A stretch of 63,438 nt of DNA, filler included, from Phoronis australis (taxonomy: Eukaryota > Animalia > Phoronida), in the NCBI GenBank assembly GCA_002633005.1. It is 6 parts of 6 records of this genome, joined end to end, with 100 filler letters (N's around TTAATTAATTAA, not from the genome) between each part and the next. Parts side by side here need not be neighbours in the genome. Positions count along the whole stretch, not along the records: positions 7,003 to 29,351 come from NMRA01000831.1; 5 more parts are not named here. The stretch is one strand, 5' to 3'. A model generated the notes under the pieces. The model ran no database searches. It was not told the origin of the DNA and was given only the letters and a program-made list of their open reading frames with translations. Of this stretch, positions 13,323-26,594 are shown piece by piece. The translations under genes were made by a program, and so were the position numbers. The stretch's first letter is position 1. Each line of letters opens with the position of its first letter.

Positions 13323-15826
13323 TCGGACACACCAATTAAGCATTGATCCAGTCTTTATACTTATGTTTTGAGGAACGATTGCATTCTCGGGGTGTTCTAT
13401 ACCGTAGTGTTGATTCCACGTCTTAAAAAATTATCTCGATCCTACACGTTAGTCAACTTATAGCCCAATCACTTTGTCCTCGGTGTTTTTTAAAGCATAT
13501 GATTTGTTAGTTTTACCTGAGAAAGAGAAATGACATCTAATCAACTTGATTCATAAATAGTTCAACGGCTTAGGAAAAAGCATATTCCTATGAGTTTCAA
13601 CCTGGATATGGGCTGTTTCAATGAAGTTCACACATAACATTAACCTCCGAGGGGGAATATGACGCTACAAAAATACCCGGAGTGTTTGCAAGCAGTGACA
13701 TGAACTTCATGCTGGAATTTTAAACCCGACATTTTCACTCATTTGTATAGCCCAGGAATGAGTGCCTTGCCCTTGCCCAGATGCCAACTCGAAGTACATT
13801 GACTTATTATGTAGGGAAAAGAGTAATTTTGTGTGAACTTACGCAGGTGTAGATTTGAGAACCAGGATCTCGTGGCAAAAACATTTACACTTTGATCAGC
13901 AAGAATCAATTTTGTTGTAGTGGTGATTATCAACCCTTATCACAGGCCGCGAAACACCACGGAACAGAACGCTTGGCATTTCCTAAAACACGTAAGGGCC
14001 ATGCAACGCACTAAGTCTTACCACGTAATAAGAAACTTTACCATGAAAAGTGAAAGTCCGTGAGCTTTCGCATCCAAAGACCATTTGACGTCACAATAAC
14101 ACCTACTTGGCAGGATTGGTGTTTCTCTGCGCGTGGTCAAAGTCTTCAGGACTTTCATTCAACCTAGGTCGTCAGAACGTTTCTCCACCAGAGGGAACAC
14201 ATGCACTTTTAAGGGTCCACTGTTAATTATTATAAAACAAGCTACTTACAGTAACTCTGCGGTTAGCCTTGGTACAAAGCTGTATATAAATATAAAAATA
14301 CAGCTTTGCACCGATGTGGGTAAAAAAGTGGTAAGATAAAATCTGACAAACAATTAGTGTCATTAAAAACTACAGACTTCCTTGAGTAAACTAAATTATT
14401 TAACGGTGTTGTCAAAAATGGCGTTCTACCGTTATTCTGCTGCTAACGTTGGCCAGTTTCTTTGTTCGCCGATTCTTCAATCAACTGTTCTTCTTTCACG
14501 TGGTTGCGTACAAGTCACAACAAATTATCGGAACTGGTTTCATTTAGTTACAAGTTTTTAGAATTTTGATACAGAAAAAACGAATTTCAGAAGACATTTT
14601 GCTGCTGCCAAGCTATCATCATCTCCCGAGAGATGTCGCAAAAATTTAGGAAATGGCGCGTGCGCGTGACACGAGCGTACTGTTTTCAAAACGACGACAT
14701 ACTATTTATTGTTAGAAAGGCGGAGAGTTACGCAAGAAAATGACGTTTATTGCATTGTTTTTCACTTAAACGGCTGTAACGGGCAAGGTGAGTATCATTT
14801 GATTCCCAGATCAGTTTTGCATGCACCCCGTCCGGTGTTTAGCTTCACATGTTGATACAAGTTTCACGGCGAGGTGTGACGAGCAGAACTACCCTGGCTG
14901 CGTACAATTTCGGGGTCTACGGAAGAAATACACACAGTGGTACCTAGCTGTATTTTGACGACAGTTTTCATACAGCTAGCTGGCTGGCTACTCTGCGGTG
15001 TACGCAGGACTTGGAATTACCAGTGACAAAAAGAGAGAAGTTCTCCAGGTTATGTTTCATAGCTCAAATAAATAGGCTTGCGTGATAGAAATATTTTTTG
15101 TGTTGAAAATTTTAACTGAAACAAACGTTTTTGCATGAATAAAGTCAAAATAATGATAAAAAGAGACGAAAAAAGAAGAAATTGGAAATCAAATAGGAGA
15201 AAATCGAAACCCCAAAAGAGGAAATCCTCTTGGGTTAGAGCCTATACGATTTAATCGAAAATTAAAGTAATATTCAAGGTCACCGCAGACGAAGAGCTGA
15301 AACACCTGGGATTACTTTGTTGGTTATCTTACTGTTCGTGCGACTCAAACTAACCCGCCATGGCGAACCATCTGTTATTCTCAAACCTAGAAATCGATTA
15401 AGATTTAAGCAAAAAGCAAACAATAGGACCGTTTTATAGCTGCATGTGACAAAAGTCTGAAGTTGGCTTTTGACGAAAGAGCAGTTTTATTGCACATCTA
15501 AAACATAATGTACAGACAGTTAGGGACATTATTGCATCGCTCTCGACAAACACTTGCATTTATTTTCACATCCGGAGTCTGAGCTCGGTTGCATTAAAGT
15601 TAAAAAACTTGTTCACTGGACAAGTTAAATTGTTGCTTGACGTCACATGCATTGTTCTACAATGACAACGCCGCGCGTGATAATGCAACATGGCTGTTAC
15701 CTTCCAACACATAACTTGACACACCCGGCCGGCCTGTTAAGGGTAGAAACTAATGTTTATTTCGGGGTAGATTAATTGTCCACTCCAAGTGACTTTGTTA
15801 CGATTGCCATTGGCAGCAATTAGGAT

Positions 15827-16212
15827 TCACAACTTGCACCGTTCTCGAGCATCCCAAAAGTTTTCAATATTAGTGTAATACTTAACTGTTCGGTTATTTT
15901 TGTGCAGATATTCACATAAGCTGCACATCCACGTGGTCATATTATCAATTTCATAAGTCTTCTTCCAAGTGAAGTACTCATTATACAATTTGTCATCTTT
16001 GTCCAACTTTTTTATGAGATTCGCCAATTCTACTACGGTGTATTTGTCCCAATGTATGAATGAATTGGGTGGCGCTAGCTTGCCATAGTTTGACCTTTGA
16101 CCTCGAACTATTGGTACCATGTTATTGGAGAAGGCGTTATACCAGAATTTTTCGCTGATGTAATCCTCGCAGTCGGAGTTTTCCAAAGATAAATAAAACT
16201 TGTACTTTTTAC
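15827..16212 (-). CDS. Alpha-1,3-fucosyltransferase (GT10), coding exon 2
   Basis: GT10 motif YKFYLSLENSDCEDYISEKFWYNAF...VPIV...PPNSFIH...LYNEYFTWK. Acceptor TTGCAG ends at 16213; phase 1 matches exon 1. Confidence 0.92.
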
Positions 16213-16639
16213 CTGCAATACAGACAGACAAACAATAAATAAACTATACAAAAAGCGTGAGTGTACCATCTGGTCTTCGCTCCTTATTTCCAAGAAATTG
16301 AGAAAATGCACATACCATACGATACTTAATAGATGTATGACTTCAGTAAGAAATCATTGCAGGAAGTTTCATCCTCCTATGAGAAGATATATTTTTTAGA
16401 AAAAAAAAACTAATGAGAAAACGAAAGTCAGGAAATTGACGAATTAAGTAGGAATTCACTGCTCTAATTTTGAACGTTAAAGGTGCATTTTATTACCAAT
16501 TACGACCTAAAAGGGAAATCAAGGAAATTGCAAAATCCACTTTCCCAACAAGTTTCCCTTGGCTTGACAGCAATTGATTTCTAGCAACGCAAACCATTGA
16601 AATGCATCCACGATTGCACCGCATACGGTTTGCTTCGAG

Positions 16640-18478
16640 GGTGTTTATATTATCATAAAATAGCTATAAGGGGACGCAGAATACGTCGGCGGCGTCGTCT
16701 TTCTAGCGGGAACTTATTTGCCAAATATTATGAAAATCCGCCGAGGAACTCCGAAGACAGGGAGGCAAACGTAAAAATTGAACTTCCCACTAGGAGTCAG
16801 ATTGGTACTCCGTTCCATAGGAAAGAACTTGTCATCTGTTGCAACGTTCACACTGTGAACTTCACAGTAATATACTTGCCAATTTTCACAAATATCTTGA
16901 AAGGAAATACAGTTGTGGATGCAAACTAAAATTTCGCCAGTCGTATTGCTGTGAGAAGGAAAATATATGCCACTACTGTTCAGAAAGTTGCAAGAATTGT
17001 AATTTTAGTTTAATTTTCTGTTCTGTAACGCCACATGTGTATGTCCAGCAGTCTCATTGACAGTTTGGTTAACAATCCAGGCGGTAGTCTGTTCAGAGTT
17101 CACTGACATATCCATTATTTATAGTTGTTGTAAATGAACAAGTCCTCCAATAGAACAAATAAGTTATGTAAGTTTGCAACATAAAAACTTAATGCAGGTT
17201 GTGTGTCTTTCTTTTAAAGTATTCGTAGTTCATTATTTTAAGTCACAGAAAATCAATAACATTCTACATTCTGTGCAGTTCTCGACAAATGGGCAAGAGC
17301 TAGGCTACTGCTCCAGTCAACATGTAGTGTTACGTCATATAAATACACACACTAGATTTACAGTTCTGAGAATCTGTGCTGCTAATTTTCTTAACGATTC
17401 TTCCAGTAGTTTGACAAATAGAGATGGTGGCGCCTAAAGCAGCCTCTAAAATAATAAAAATGGCCGATAGGTTGCGTAGAATGCGTCGATTTTGTCAGAA
17501 ATCAGAAATATGCTATCGCCCCCAAAATACAAAACAATTTGCCAAATTTCATGAAAATCTGTCAATGAACATTGAAGATTTAGAGATAAACGTGAAAGCA
17601 CTTGTCTCTAGGGGCACAGTGGTAGTGAGATCCGCCCGGAAGTTGTCGTCAGTTGACACATAGAAAAACACTTGCCAAATTTCGCAAAGGCCTAAGTTGA
17701 CACTAGGGGTGCCGCAGTACTCGGACTGGTCCAAAAATCAACGTCAGTCGTTTCATATTGACCCTTGTAGCGGTTTGGTAAATGGAGAAGACGCCAAAAT
17801 AGACTGCTAAGTGCTAAGTAACAAAATGACCAGGAGGTGGCACAGAATACAACAAACCCGTCCAAAAATAAAAAAAACGATTGTCCTCTCCTTAATAGAA
17901 AGATGTCTACCAAGTTTTATTAAAGTCTCTCGAGGAACTCTAAAGATACAGAGATAAATGTAAAAAATAAAAATTTATGTTAGCTACTACGGGGAATATT
18001 GGTAGTCATACAGATTCGTCCGCATAAAGATGTCTTTCGGTGTCACATTTATAGAAAAACGCGTCACAGAGATCCTGGAAAGGGTTACAGGTATAAGGCC
18101 ACGCACGCAGAAAAACAATATTGTCACTACGGGTTGTCAAATAGTCGAACCCGTCCGAAAATCAACGTCAGTCGTGGTCACTAGGTTGCGCAGACTGTAG
18201 ATTCCCCTCGAAAATGAGAAGGCGGCATCGTCTCCTGAATAGAAAACTTTTTGCCAATTAAATGTTGTGAACCCTACAATGGACGCAAAACGCTGACCTC
18301 GCCACTTAATTGGGCCACAGCGGTACGAAAGTTGTCATCATCCTTCGCCATCACCATGCAAACACATGATTATCTGACAATTTTCTTTGGCGACGAAGGC
18401 GCAAACAACCGATTCCCAGACGCCCAGACAGAAATGATGACACTACGTACTCGCACAGGTATATGTGGGAGCATAAAA
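16640..18478 (-). repeat. Diverged satellite-like units (CCAAATTTCATGAAAATC-type core) in the fucosyltransferase intron; possible Helentron-associated (HINE-like) element
   Basis: Similar blocks near 16720, 17540, 17910 and 18250; AAAATCAACGTCAGTCGT recurs near 17735 and 18158; the minus-strand end reads TTTTATGCTCCC...GTCTGGGCGTCTGGG. Confidence 0.4.
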
Positions 18479-19114
18479 GAGGAATTGAAGATTCACTTGA
18501 CAAAAGAGGCTCAACTGTTGAGAGGTAAACTCACCCCGTCTCAACTGATGTCTTTTTGAAACTCAGTTGTAATTCCTGACGCTCTGGAGATGAAGTTGGA
18601 AAACGTTGGCGTTTTGCATTTTTGTGTAACCTGCTTTAGTTTATGTGTAGAGCAAGCAGGACGGAGATGTCCCGCTTCAAGCACACGCATTTGCTTTTAA
18701 GCGTTTTAGACTCGTGGTCAACTAATCTTCAACCGTGGTGACCTACCGAAAGGCGCCCTAAATAGTCCTTTTAGCATTAGAAACCCGTACTACTTGAATG
18801 AGTAATTTTGTTTTCTGATTAACGAATTTTCATGAAAACGTGTTCTCTCACCGTAGGGCAAAAAAATCATTATGTTTGTCAGTTGACACCCGCATGTGCA
18901 TGTTCCAATTTTCCTGGAAATGTGGTGTGAAAAACGGATTTTAGTAATTTACCAATGTACAATCTGAATCCTGATTTTTAAAAGCCAAGAAACTGAACCG
19001 TTGATAAATTTTACGCTCTTGTCCTAGTTGAGGTAGCAACCGTTTTCCGTGTTGTTGGAGGAAATGATATCCAAAATGTCAAATCATGCTTTTATACATT
19101 TCATACTTACTAAC

Positions 19115-20048
19115 CTAAGTAGCTGAAACAGTTCTTGGGACAGTCGAACGGACCACACTTTCCGTATATGTCAACTTGAACGTATTTTTGAAGTTCTTTT
19201 ACGAGCTTTTCTCTTTGGCTCGATGTTTCACAATGACTGACAACCCACGCCACCTGTCGAGTTTTACCTTCAGCATAGTTTTGTCTAGTAGCAATTACGG
19301 GGACAATTCTTTTTTTAGTCCTGCCGTATACAAACGGGACGTCTGACTCGGTCATATAAGTCATCGTCATATTGAAAGCACCATTCAAATGTGGCAAATC
19401 TAAATGGTACACGGCGCCTAACATTGGGGACCAGGTGTTGAATTTATACCTGGTCGGTGCCTCTTTCGTGAAAAATATCCACCTTTGCCAAAGAGGATGT
19501 TTCTTGGGTAATCCTAGTTTGCGCAGAACACCACCCCACATGTGAAACAAAACAGCGTGACTCTGCATCAGTTTAGAGCGATCAGTGGTCCAGTCACATT
19601 TGGAATATTTGCATTTTGAGAAACTCCCAGGTTTCAATGAGTGGTAAAACTCCGTGTATTGCAATATGAGTATCCGTGAGGACTCGGGCTGGCCGACGAA
19701 ATGAGTTGCTGATGGGGTCTCAACCACAAAAGATCGATTTAGTCTCACACCACTTGTAAGTCCGAAAGGCGCCTTCAAAACGTTAAGATCTGAACTCTTT
19801 TTTCCACCTACGGGTAGTAATCCAACTCTATCCATTTCGTTACCGGCATTTTCTAATTTATCCTGTCTTATAACCCTTGTCCAGAGGTGAAATGCCGTCC
19901 ATGCGAATACCATGAAGAACAGGATCTTCAGTATAAATCCAAAATGGGTTCTACGTGAACGTTGGCCTTTCATTATTCGACATATCTTGTCAAGCCATCG
20001 CCTCGAATCTCTCAATCCGCGTCCCGTGTCAGTGCTATAGGTGTTCAT
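19115..20048 (-). CDS. Alpha-1,3-fucosyltransferase (GT10), coding exon 1 (type II membrane anchor, stem, N-terminal catalytic half)
   Basis: TM segment FGFILKILFFMVFAWTAFHLW; motifs AVLFH, QRWIFFTKEAP, FNMTMTY..SDV, VAWVVSHC, VDIYGKCG. Donor G|GTTAGT at 19114. Joined CDS 1320 nt = 439 aa plus stop. Confidence 0.92.
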
Positions 20049-22075
20049 CTCATCCTCGTTTCACGAACGTACTTGTATTCGATTCCGTTTAATTGTTTGT
20101 CTCAGGTAAACACACGTGAATAGAACGAGAAGCTAAACCATAAAGAAACGTAATCAACATCGCCGTCTCGCTAGTGTTCACGAATCAGTCGAAATATTTT
20201 CCGCCCGTACGTAAATTGCTGCTCAGTAGAGTCGATTACGCCCAGTGGGTTTCAGCAACCTCCGACCTATATATATTCATAGGTGAACAATCAGGTACAA
20301 TAGACGACCTAAAATTGAAATAAGCTCTCCGCTAGGCGCACAGGTTAAACACCTGAATACAAGACTTATCACATGACATACCTCATTCAGAACCAACCCA
20401 GTTGGAAAAGGGGTCGAGGGGTCAGAGGGTCTTATTCGCCAATGACAGTACGTTAGTTGTCAGCAGACGATTTGAATGCCACTATAGTCGAAGTGGAACC
20501 AAAAGCAGGTGCACTTGACGGATCAACGCTGAAGTTTTAAACACCGAAATCTCGAGTTTTAAATTATCTTGGGATCACCGATTGTGAAACTGGATTTTAA
20601 AATGCTTATCACACGATCGTACTTTATCAAGGAACTGACAATTCTTCCAGAGTGAAACCTATGACAGTGTTCTACCTTCGACGGCAGAGTAAACTTGCTT
20701 CTCTAAAACAAAGTCGTCGTGGTCACATCCAATTTTTGAAATGAAAGATATTAAAATAAATCGCCTAGTTTGTGACTGAGCTAATGGCGACTGAAACTGT
20801 TAACCCATTGAGGCGGTGCATGCATGTGACCGTGCATAGCCTACAGTGTTCAGAGCTGACTTTTCAGTATTCGCGGGAAACCTATAGTCTTCTCCAATCT
20901 ACATGAGTAAAGGTGAACATAGCACGTTCAGAGCAAATAAACGGACAAAATGGGTTGTTCTTTGACAGAAGGCTCGCAGTCCGATATCAAAGTAGACTAT
21001 AGCGGCACTGTCCATTCTGAGCGGAGAGCACTGTACACAGAAAATGAGAAGAGAAAAAACGAATCTTTGCCGGGGGGCACCGATGGATGTGAGTGGCGGG
21101 CCTTGGCGAAACACAGTTGCCGTCAAAACTCGTTTTCACAACGCGTGATGTATGTACCGATCATTGCGATAAAGTTGAAGTGGCATTTTCATGTTATGGG
21201 AGGGGACAACCACAAACTTGCCGCCTCCCAAGATCCTCAGCTATAGGTAAGCGAACTGCAACTCAGTGGTGCGCTTCTTGGCAGTTGGAAATCCCCCTGT
21301 TGACTTCATAAAAACGGCGGACTCCCCAGTCCCCCGTTGGCAATGTTATCATCCCTTGCCAAACACACCACCACCGTCAGAAGTTGGCAGGCGGCCAAAA
21401 GTCTTTCCGTTCGATTACTCTTTAATTATTGTAAATAAATTCGACAGCGTTAAGAGAAGAGTAGCCTGGACGATGTTTGGTTTCATTTTTGTCCTATTTG
21501 TGGGCGGCTGAACAGCACCAGTGATAGTGTGTCCAGCGTATTCTCCCTGAAGTCCAAAAGTTCACATCACAATCACAGTAGCGTCATGTTCTATTTTTAA
21601 AAGTCCTGAATATCAGTTTTGTGTTTCACTTGTACAATTTCCTTTACTTACTATCGAAGAGAATGTCCGCACACATTGTTGTAAAAGTGTTTTTGTAACA
21701 TCAAAAAGAGTGCATCAGAGCCTCTTGTATAGTTTTTATATGAAAAGTAGATTTTCAAGGTATATGAAGAGAAACGAGGTTATAAAAATCTTTCGCTTTT
21801 TTAGTTTGTTGACAACTTTATTCCTCCGGAAACAAAATCGGCTACAACACTCTTAATTTCAATCTGCGATAACTAACTCTCAAAGAACTGGCAACCGATG
21901 TTTCTTCTTGGCAATGGTGACTGATTAGGACAAAGAAATTGAAAATCGGTTGACAAGTTGCTGTTCCCCTGTGGTGTGATTAGTAAAGGGCGGGCATGTA
22001 ACAAAATGGCCGTAAACGGCGACCCGGTAAAATGCCGTATTCACAGTCACGCAATTTCTCCCGCAGGCTAACCAG

Positions 22076-22476
22076 GGCCCGGTCTCTAATCTTTGTACTC
22101 GAAACGAACTCGAAACTATTTTTGGCAATTTCTCTGCTCCTTTTGTGCGAACTTAAGATAATTGGTTATCAGACTGTGCTCGAATACATTATAGTTTATG
22201 CATAGGAGTTTCTAGTTCAAGATTGCCCTTGAAGACCCTTATATTCGTGCTACAAACTCGAGTAAAAACTCGAAATTTCGGGTTCAAACTCGAACTTATT
22301 GCTTTAATATTGGGTTTACAAACTGTGAACAAAGGGCAATAAATTATCTACGTAAGTTATTGTGTAATCGAGCATAGAATAATACACACTTATCTTGATT
22401 TCGCCCAAAAGTAGAGTAGAAAATGCCAAACCTAATTTCGAGTTCCATTTCGATTAAAAAGATTGGAGACCGGGCC
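22076..22476. mobile_element. PIF/Harbinger-like foldback MITE
   Basis: TIR GGCCCGGTCTCTAATCTTT / AAAGATTGGAGACCGGGCC, 3-bp TSD CAG (22073-22075, 22477-22479), extended imperfect internal inverted symmetry. Confidence 0.75.
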
Positions 22477-23572
22477 CAGGGATGCCGAGTCGGTAGAAGT
22501 AGAATTAAAGTCGACTGCTTCACTGTTTAAGTGCCCATAAGGCATAAGCCAACTAGTAGAGACTTCGACACTCCTGTTCAGACGGGCGAGAATTATCATA
22601 GTTATTTTGAGTTCAACCATCAATTTGCATCTCTTTCTCAGCTTCATTGATACTGTTCGTCGGTCAGCTCTCCGTATTTTAGTTACTCAAGTTTCAGTGG
22701 CAGTCTGTTCAGAGTTCACTGACATATCCACTATTTATAGTTACGTAACTGACCAACTCATCCAACAGAACAAATACGTTATGGCTAGGACCAATGTATA
22801 TTACTCCCAGCTAGGTTATAGCAATCAATGGAGATTTGTCGTCGGTAGCCACGGCGGCATCAGCGCGGAATACCTGTAATGTCAATGGGGTACGTTCTCA
22901 ATTTATCCCATATGCTCCGAATTCTTAAGCTTCTTCTTTTTCTCGGCAGATTTTTAAATACTTCACCCAGACTTTTCACGTGGCGGATCACTTCCTATAC
23001 GTATGTGCTTGCGCGTTAAGTTACAAGTTTTCTCTAGTAAAAGAAATAGCCTTGTAACGATTTATTACTTAAAAAGCGATAATGAAGATGAAAAATGGTG
23101 ACAGTGCATTGAACTTGTAACATTCCCTGAAAATAATTAAATAAAAAAAGTACTTAACATTGTAGTTACCGAGGAATCAGTGCCTGAGTTGCAGACGATA
23201 TAATATTCAGCAAACAAAACTGAAGCAGAAGTGTCATATAATTAACAATTTTGCACCAGATGTTATGTTTGGGACCTGATTGCATGTTGAGTGTTAATAC
23301 TGCAATTTTACTACTTATGGAAAAGTTTGATGGCTCGAAGCGGCGAAAGACGTCAAGTCGACATTATTATTGACGGCTACTTTTGAACTTTCATGTCAGA
23401 GGGCACAGTCAAAGTAGTTCCTAGAGGGAAATACGGAAAACAATATCACATCGGGCCTAATTGACCAATCGTAAGCTCCGCCCCTATACGAAAAGTCACG
23501 TGATACCCGACAAACAAACAAGATGTCAGTGGAAAATATAATGTCGCTAAGCGACATTCCTTGGTGGAATCG

Positions 23573-23732
23573 CAGTGGCGGATCTAGGATACCATAAGGG
23601 GGGGCAACATTCTGGAAGCTGGGAAAAGCGCGATTATATGTGCACAGGCGGTCCGAAAGTTGTGGGGGCCGAGGGTGTGGACTTTCTGTTCTGTTCTTTT
23701 CTGTTTCTGTCGGTGGACTAAATCCGCCTATG
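23573..23732. mobile_element. Short 5-bp-TSD MITE (CAGTGGCGG...CCGCCTATG)
   Basis: TSD AATCG on both sides. Confidence 0.8.
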
Positions 23733-23850
23733 AATCGACGAATGTTTTTTGCACTGTTTGAAAATGCTTCGACAAAGACAACAAGGGATGCTTTTCAACA
23801 GAGAATGGTACGTTCATGATATGGAAATTTGTAAAGGTGACGATGAAAAG

Positions 23851-24876
23851 CAGTGGCGGATCTAGGATATCACAAGGGGGGGCCAACATTTTGTCACTAA
23901 ACATTTGCGCAAAGCACGATTGTAAATGCGCATAGCACGGAATGGGGGGGGGGTCGGGAGGGGGGTTTGCCCCCTTCCCGCCCAGGAAAATTTTTCTGTT
24001 TTTTCCTCTAAAAATCAAGCATTTTCCTAGATTCCTGAAGTATTATCCAAGACAAAAAGGCAAAGAAATAAAAAACACGGAGAACGTGCCAAACTTGAAA
24101 AATCGCTATTGGGCCTACCACAGACTCGAACTCAGGACCTGGCTTTTAGAGCGCGCGTGCTTTACCACTAGGCACTACACCACCACGAATTTCACTCGTA
24201 CTTTGATACTAAGACTAAGAGACCTACTTGTTTATGGTCCACAGCGTTTGCGCGCGAAACCTACTTCATTTTGTAATGATTATTACACTTTTACTACTTT
24301 GTCAAATCAGTTCATAACAAATTTGTTGTATTTAAAATAGTCTTCAATTGCCCAAAAGACCAAATTCGTTATTTTGTGTTGGCATAATGACGCGATTGCT
24401 TTGGAAATCGTCTTAAGGTTTGACAAAGAAAGAATTATCAGTTTCTGAGTGATCCACTAAGGCTTCGATTAAAGTTCACATCTTACCAGCAGCTTTTGTT
24501 TTTTATCGTTACTCAAATTCCATTTTCTTTAAAAAAATGAAGTAATTTTCTTCATTGCACAGTGAAGCAGACGACGGAAACAGAATCGTAGTGCGCAGCG
24601 CCTAGGACATCGCGGGAGAGCCTATACTTAGCCATAGTTCCGTTACAACTGAGCCGTGTTTCGAATTTGACACTTGAAATTGGATCTGAGCCCCACCCCC
24701 CCAAACACTACAACTACACACATTTCAATCTTGTTTCCGCCGTATAATGTTAATTACTGGGGTTAATTTATAAAATCAACATTTCCCTACGCTCTTAGTG
24801 TTTAATTTATTTTGCGGCAGCCAACAGGGGGAGGGGGCCGGGCCCCCGCTCCCCCCCCCCCCTAAATCCGCCTATG
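23851..24876. mobile_element. About 1-kb 5-bp-TSD MITE; uninterrupted, inverted sister of 7844-10503
   Basis: CAGTGGCGGATCTAGG...TAAATCCGCCTATG ends; TSD AAAAG. Confidence 0.85.
24112..24186 (-). ncRNA. tRNA-derived (SINE-head-like) segment inside the MITE; not a functional tRNA
   Basis: A-box-like TGCCTAGTGG and B-box-like GAGTTCGAGTC at tRNA-like spacing; sister copy at about 10225-10285 (+). Confidence 0.5.
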
Positions 24877-25974
24877 AAAAGATAAGACATGTTCGAGGAG
24901 CCAGCAAAAATCTGAAGAACCCCACGGGTTTACCTTCATCTAACAAATGACAAGGCCACTGGTGCGATATGTTCATGTAAAGCTGGATATTTACCTTAAA
25001 GTCGAATTATCTGTACTATTCCATAAATTTCAGGATCTTTCGAAAAAATCAGTGAAGATTCACCGATATTTTTATTCTGTCGTCTGCTAAATTTCGCCAA
25101 ATGAAAAGAAGGTCACAACTGGTGGGACTCCCGGAGTAAACTAGGTCATAGATTACAGACAACACGTACGATAGTCCCTGAGTAGGTCGAGTCGATAGCA
25201 CTGTTTACGCTTTTATGATCTTGTAACGAAATATTTTGATTAAAAAAACCCAGGTTCATAGCTCAGGTACACTCTCATCTCTTCCAAGGCAAACAGTTAG
25301 CTCCGTTAGAGTAGGGCTGTGTTTAAGTCAATGCCTGGAATTGACCGTTTGCACAATGAAGACATTTATGTTAGGCCTACCTGCTGATGAACTTCGCATT
25401 TTTTGTAGTGTCATTGCATAAAGGTAGCTTTCATTTAATTTTGAACGTACATGTAGCATGACCACTAAGCTGTGGCATGGTTACAAACTATTACAAGTCT
25501 GGTGTAGTGGCAAAAATAGGGTATTACAAAAATAACTCAAATTCTTTTTTAAAGCTTCATAAATCTAAATAACATGTTTAAACAACTTCTTAATGAGCCC
25601 TCTCTAAATCTACAGGCGCAGTGTATACTAGAGGTCCAAATCAAAAAGTAATTCAACCGTTTATTTTTTCGTGACAACAGCTCGTTCATGAATCCAGTGC
25701 CCCTACTTGTGCCGATCAAATCTCTGAATTTTGGCCAGGGGAGAAGTCAGTTCAATTGAACGCCAGCCTATGGGTGTATGATTAACAAAAATGCACCTCT
25801 GATACGAAACAAAATGATGTTCATTAGGTCGAAATATATGAAAAAATAAATAAAATAAAAATGTCCTTGAAAACAACAATTTCCGGGGACTACCGCGCTT
25901 GAGTGCTGAGATCCAGCAGGTGCCGAGACGAAGGCGACCAGACGTAGGAAACTCGGGAGATAGGCCTACACCTT

Positions 25975-26208
25975 AGACACCAAACTGAAAAGTGCGTATC
26001 TTTGTGTTTATCATAGCCTTCGTGTAATCAAGCAACATCGCTAAGTTCAGCTGTCCGTGTAGCCATTCACACAGTTTGATCCATAGTTTACACATTTCGA
26101 CATCACTTTTCGGTTTAGGAGGTGCTAAAAATGACGGAATATTATGCTGGAGCAGCATAACTACAGCTGTCGGAATTACACACGCCATATCAACACCGTT
26201 TCACCCTT
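25975..26208 (-). pseudogene. Degenerate THAP-domain fragment (DNA transposon relic)
   Basis: VKRC*YGVCNSD...PKPKSDVEMCKLWIKLC..HGQLN with a stop and a frameshift. Confidence 0.55.
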
Positions 26209-26234
26209 CTTAGCGCACAATTTCTTGAGCTATA

Positions 26235-26536
26235 CAGGGGCGGATCCAGGATTTTGCCGAGTTGGGGGGCAGGGCACATGAATAACCAGAATTTCGCCAC
26301 ATGCGCACGCCCAGCCTAAAATGAAGAGATGCAGAGGTCTCGAATTTTTGGGTTTTGGACCTTATTACTAAAAAACAACGGTAAACGGGATTTGTTCAAG
26401 GCCTATGCATTATGCATTCGTCCCCAGAGCCCCCCCCCCCTCNCCAAATGGTATCTGAGAGAATTTTAGGGGGTGGCACGGCCCCCTTGCCCCCACGCCC
26501 CCCCCCCCCCCCCAGTTTTACTCGACTCCGTCAGTG
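26235..26536. mobile_element. CAGGGGCGGATCCAGG-type MITE, TSD not preserved
   Basis: Family-type left end, poly-C tracts, degenerate right end TCCGTCAGTG. Confidence 0.55.
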
Positions 26537-26594
26537 TTGTTTGCAAAGCGCGCTCCAAAACGAGGTTCACTACGATTGCTCCGGGGACTAATCG

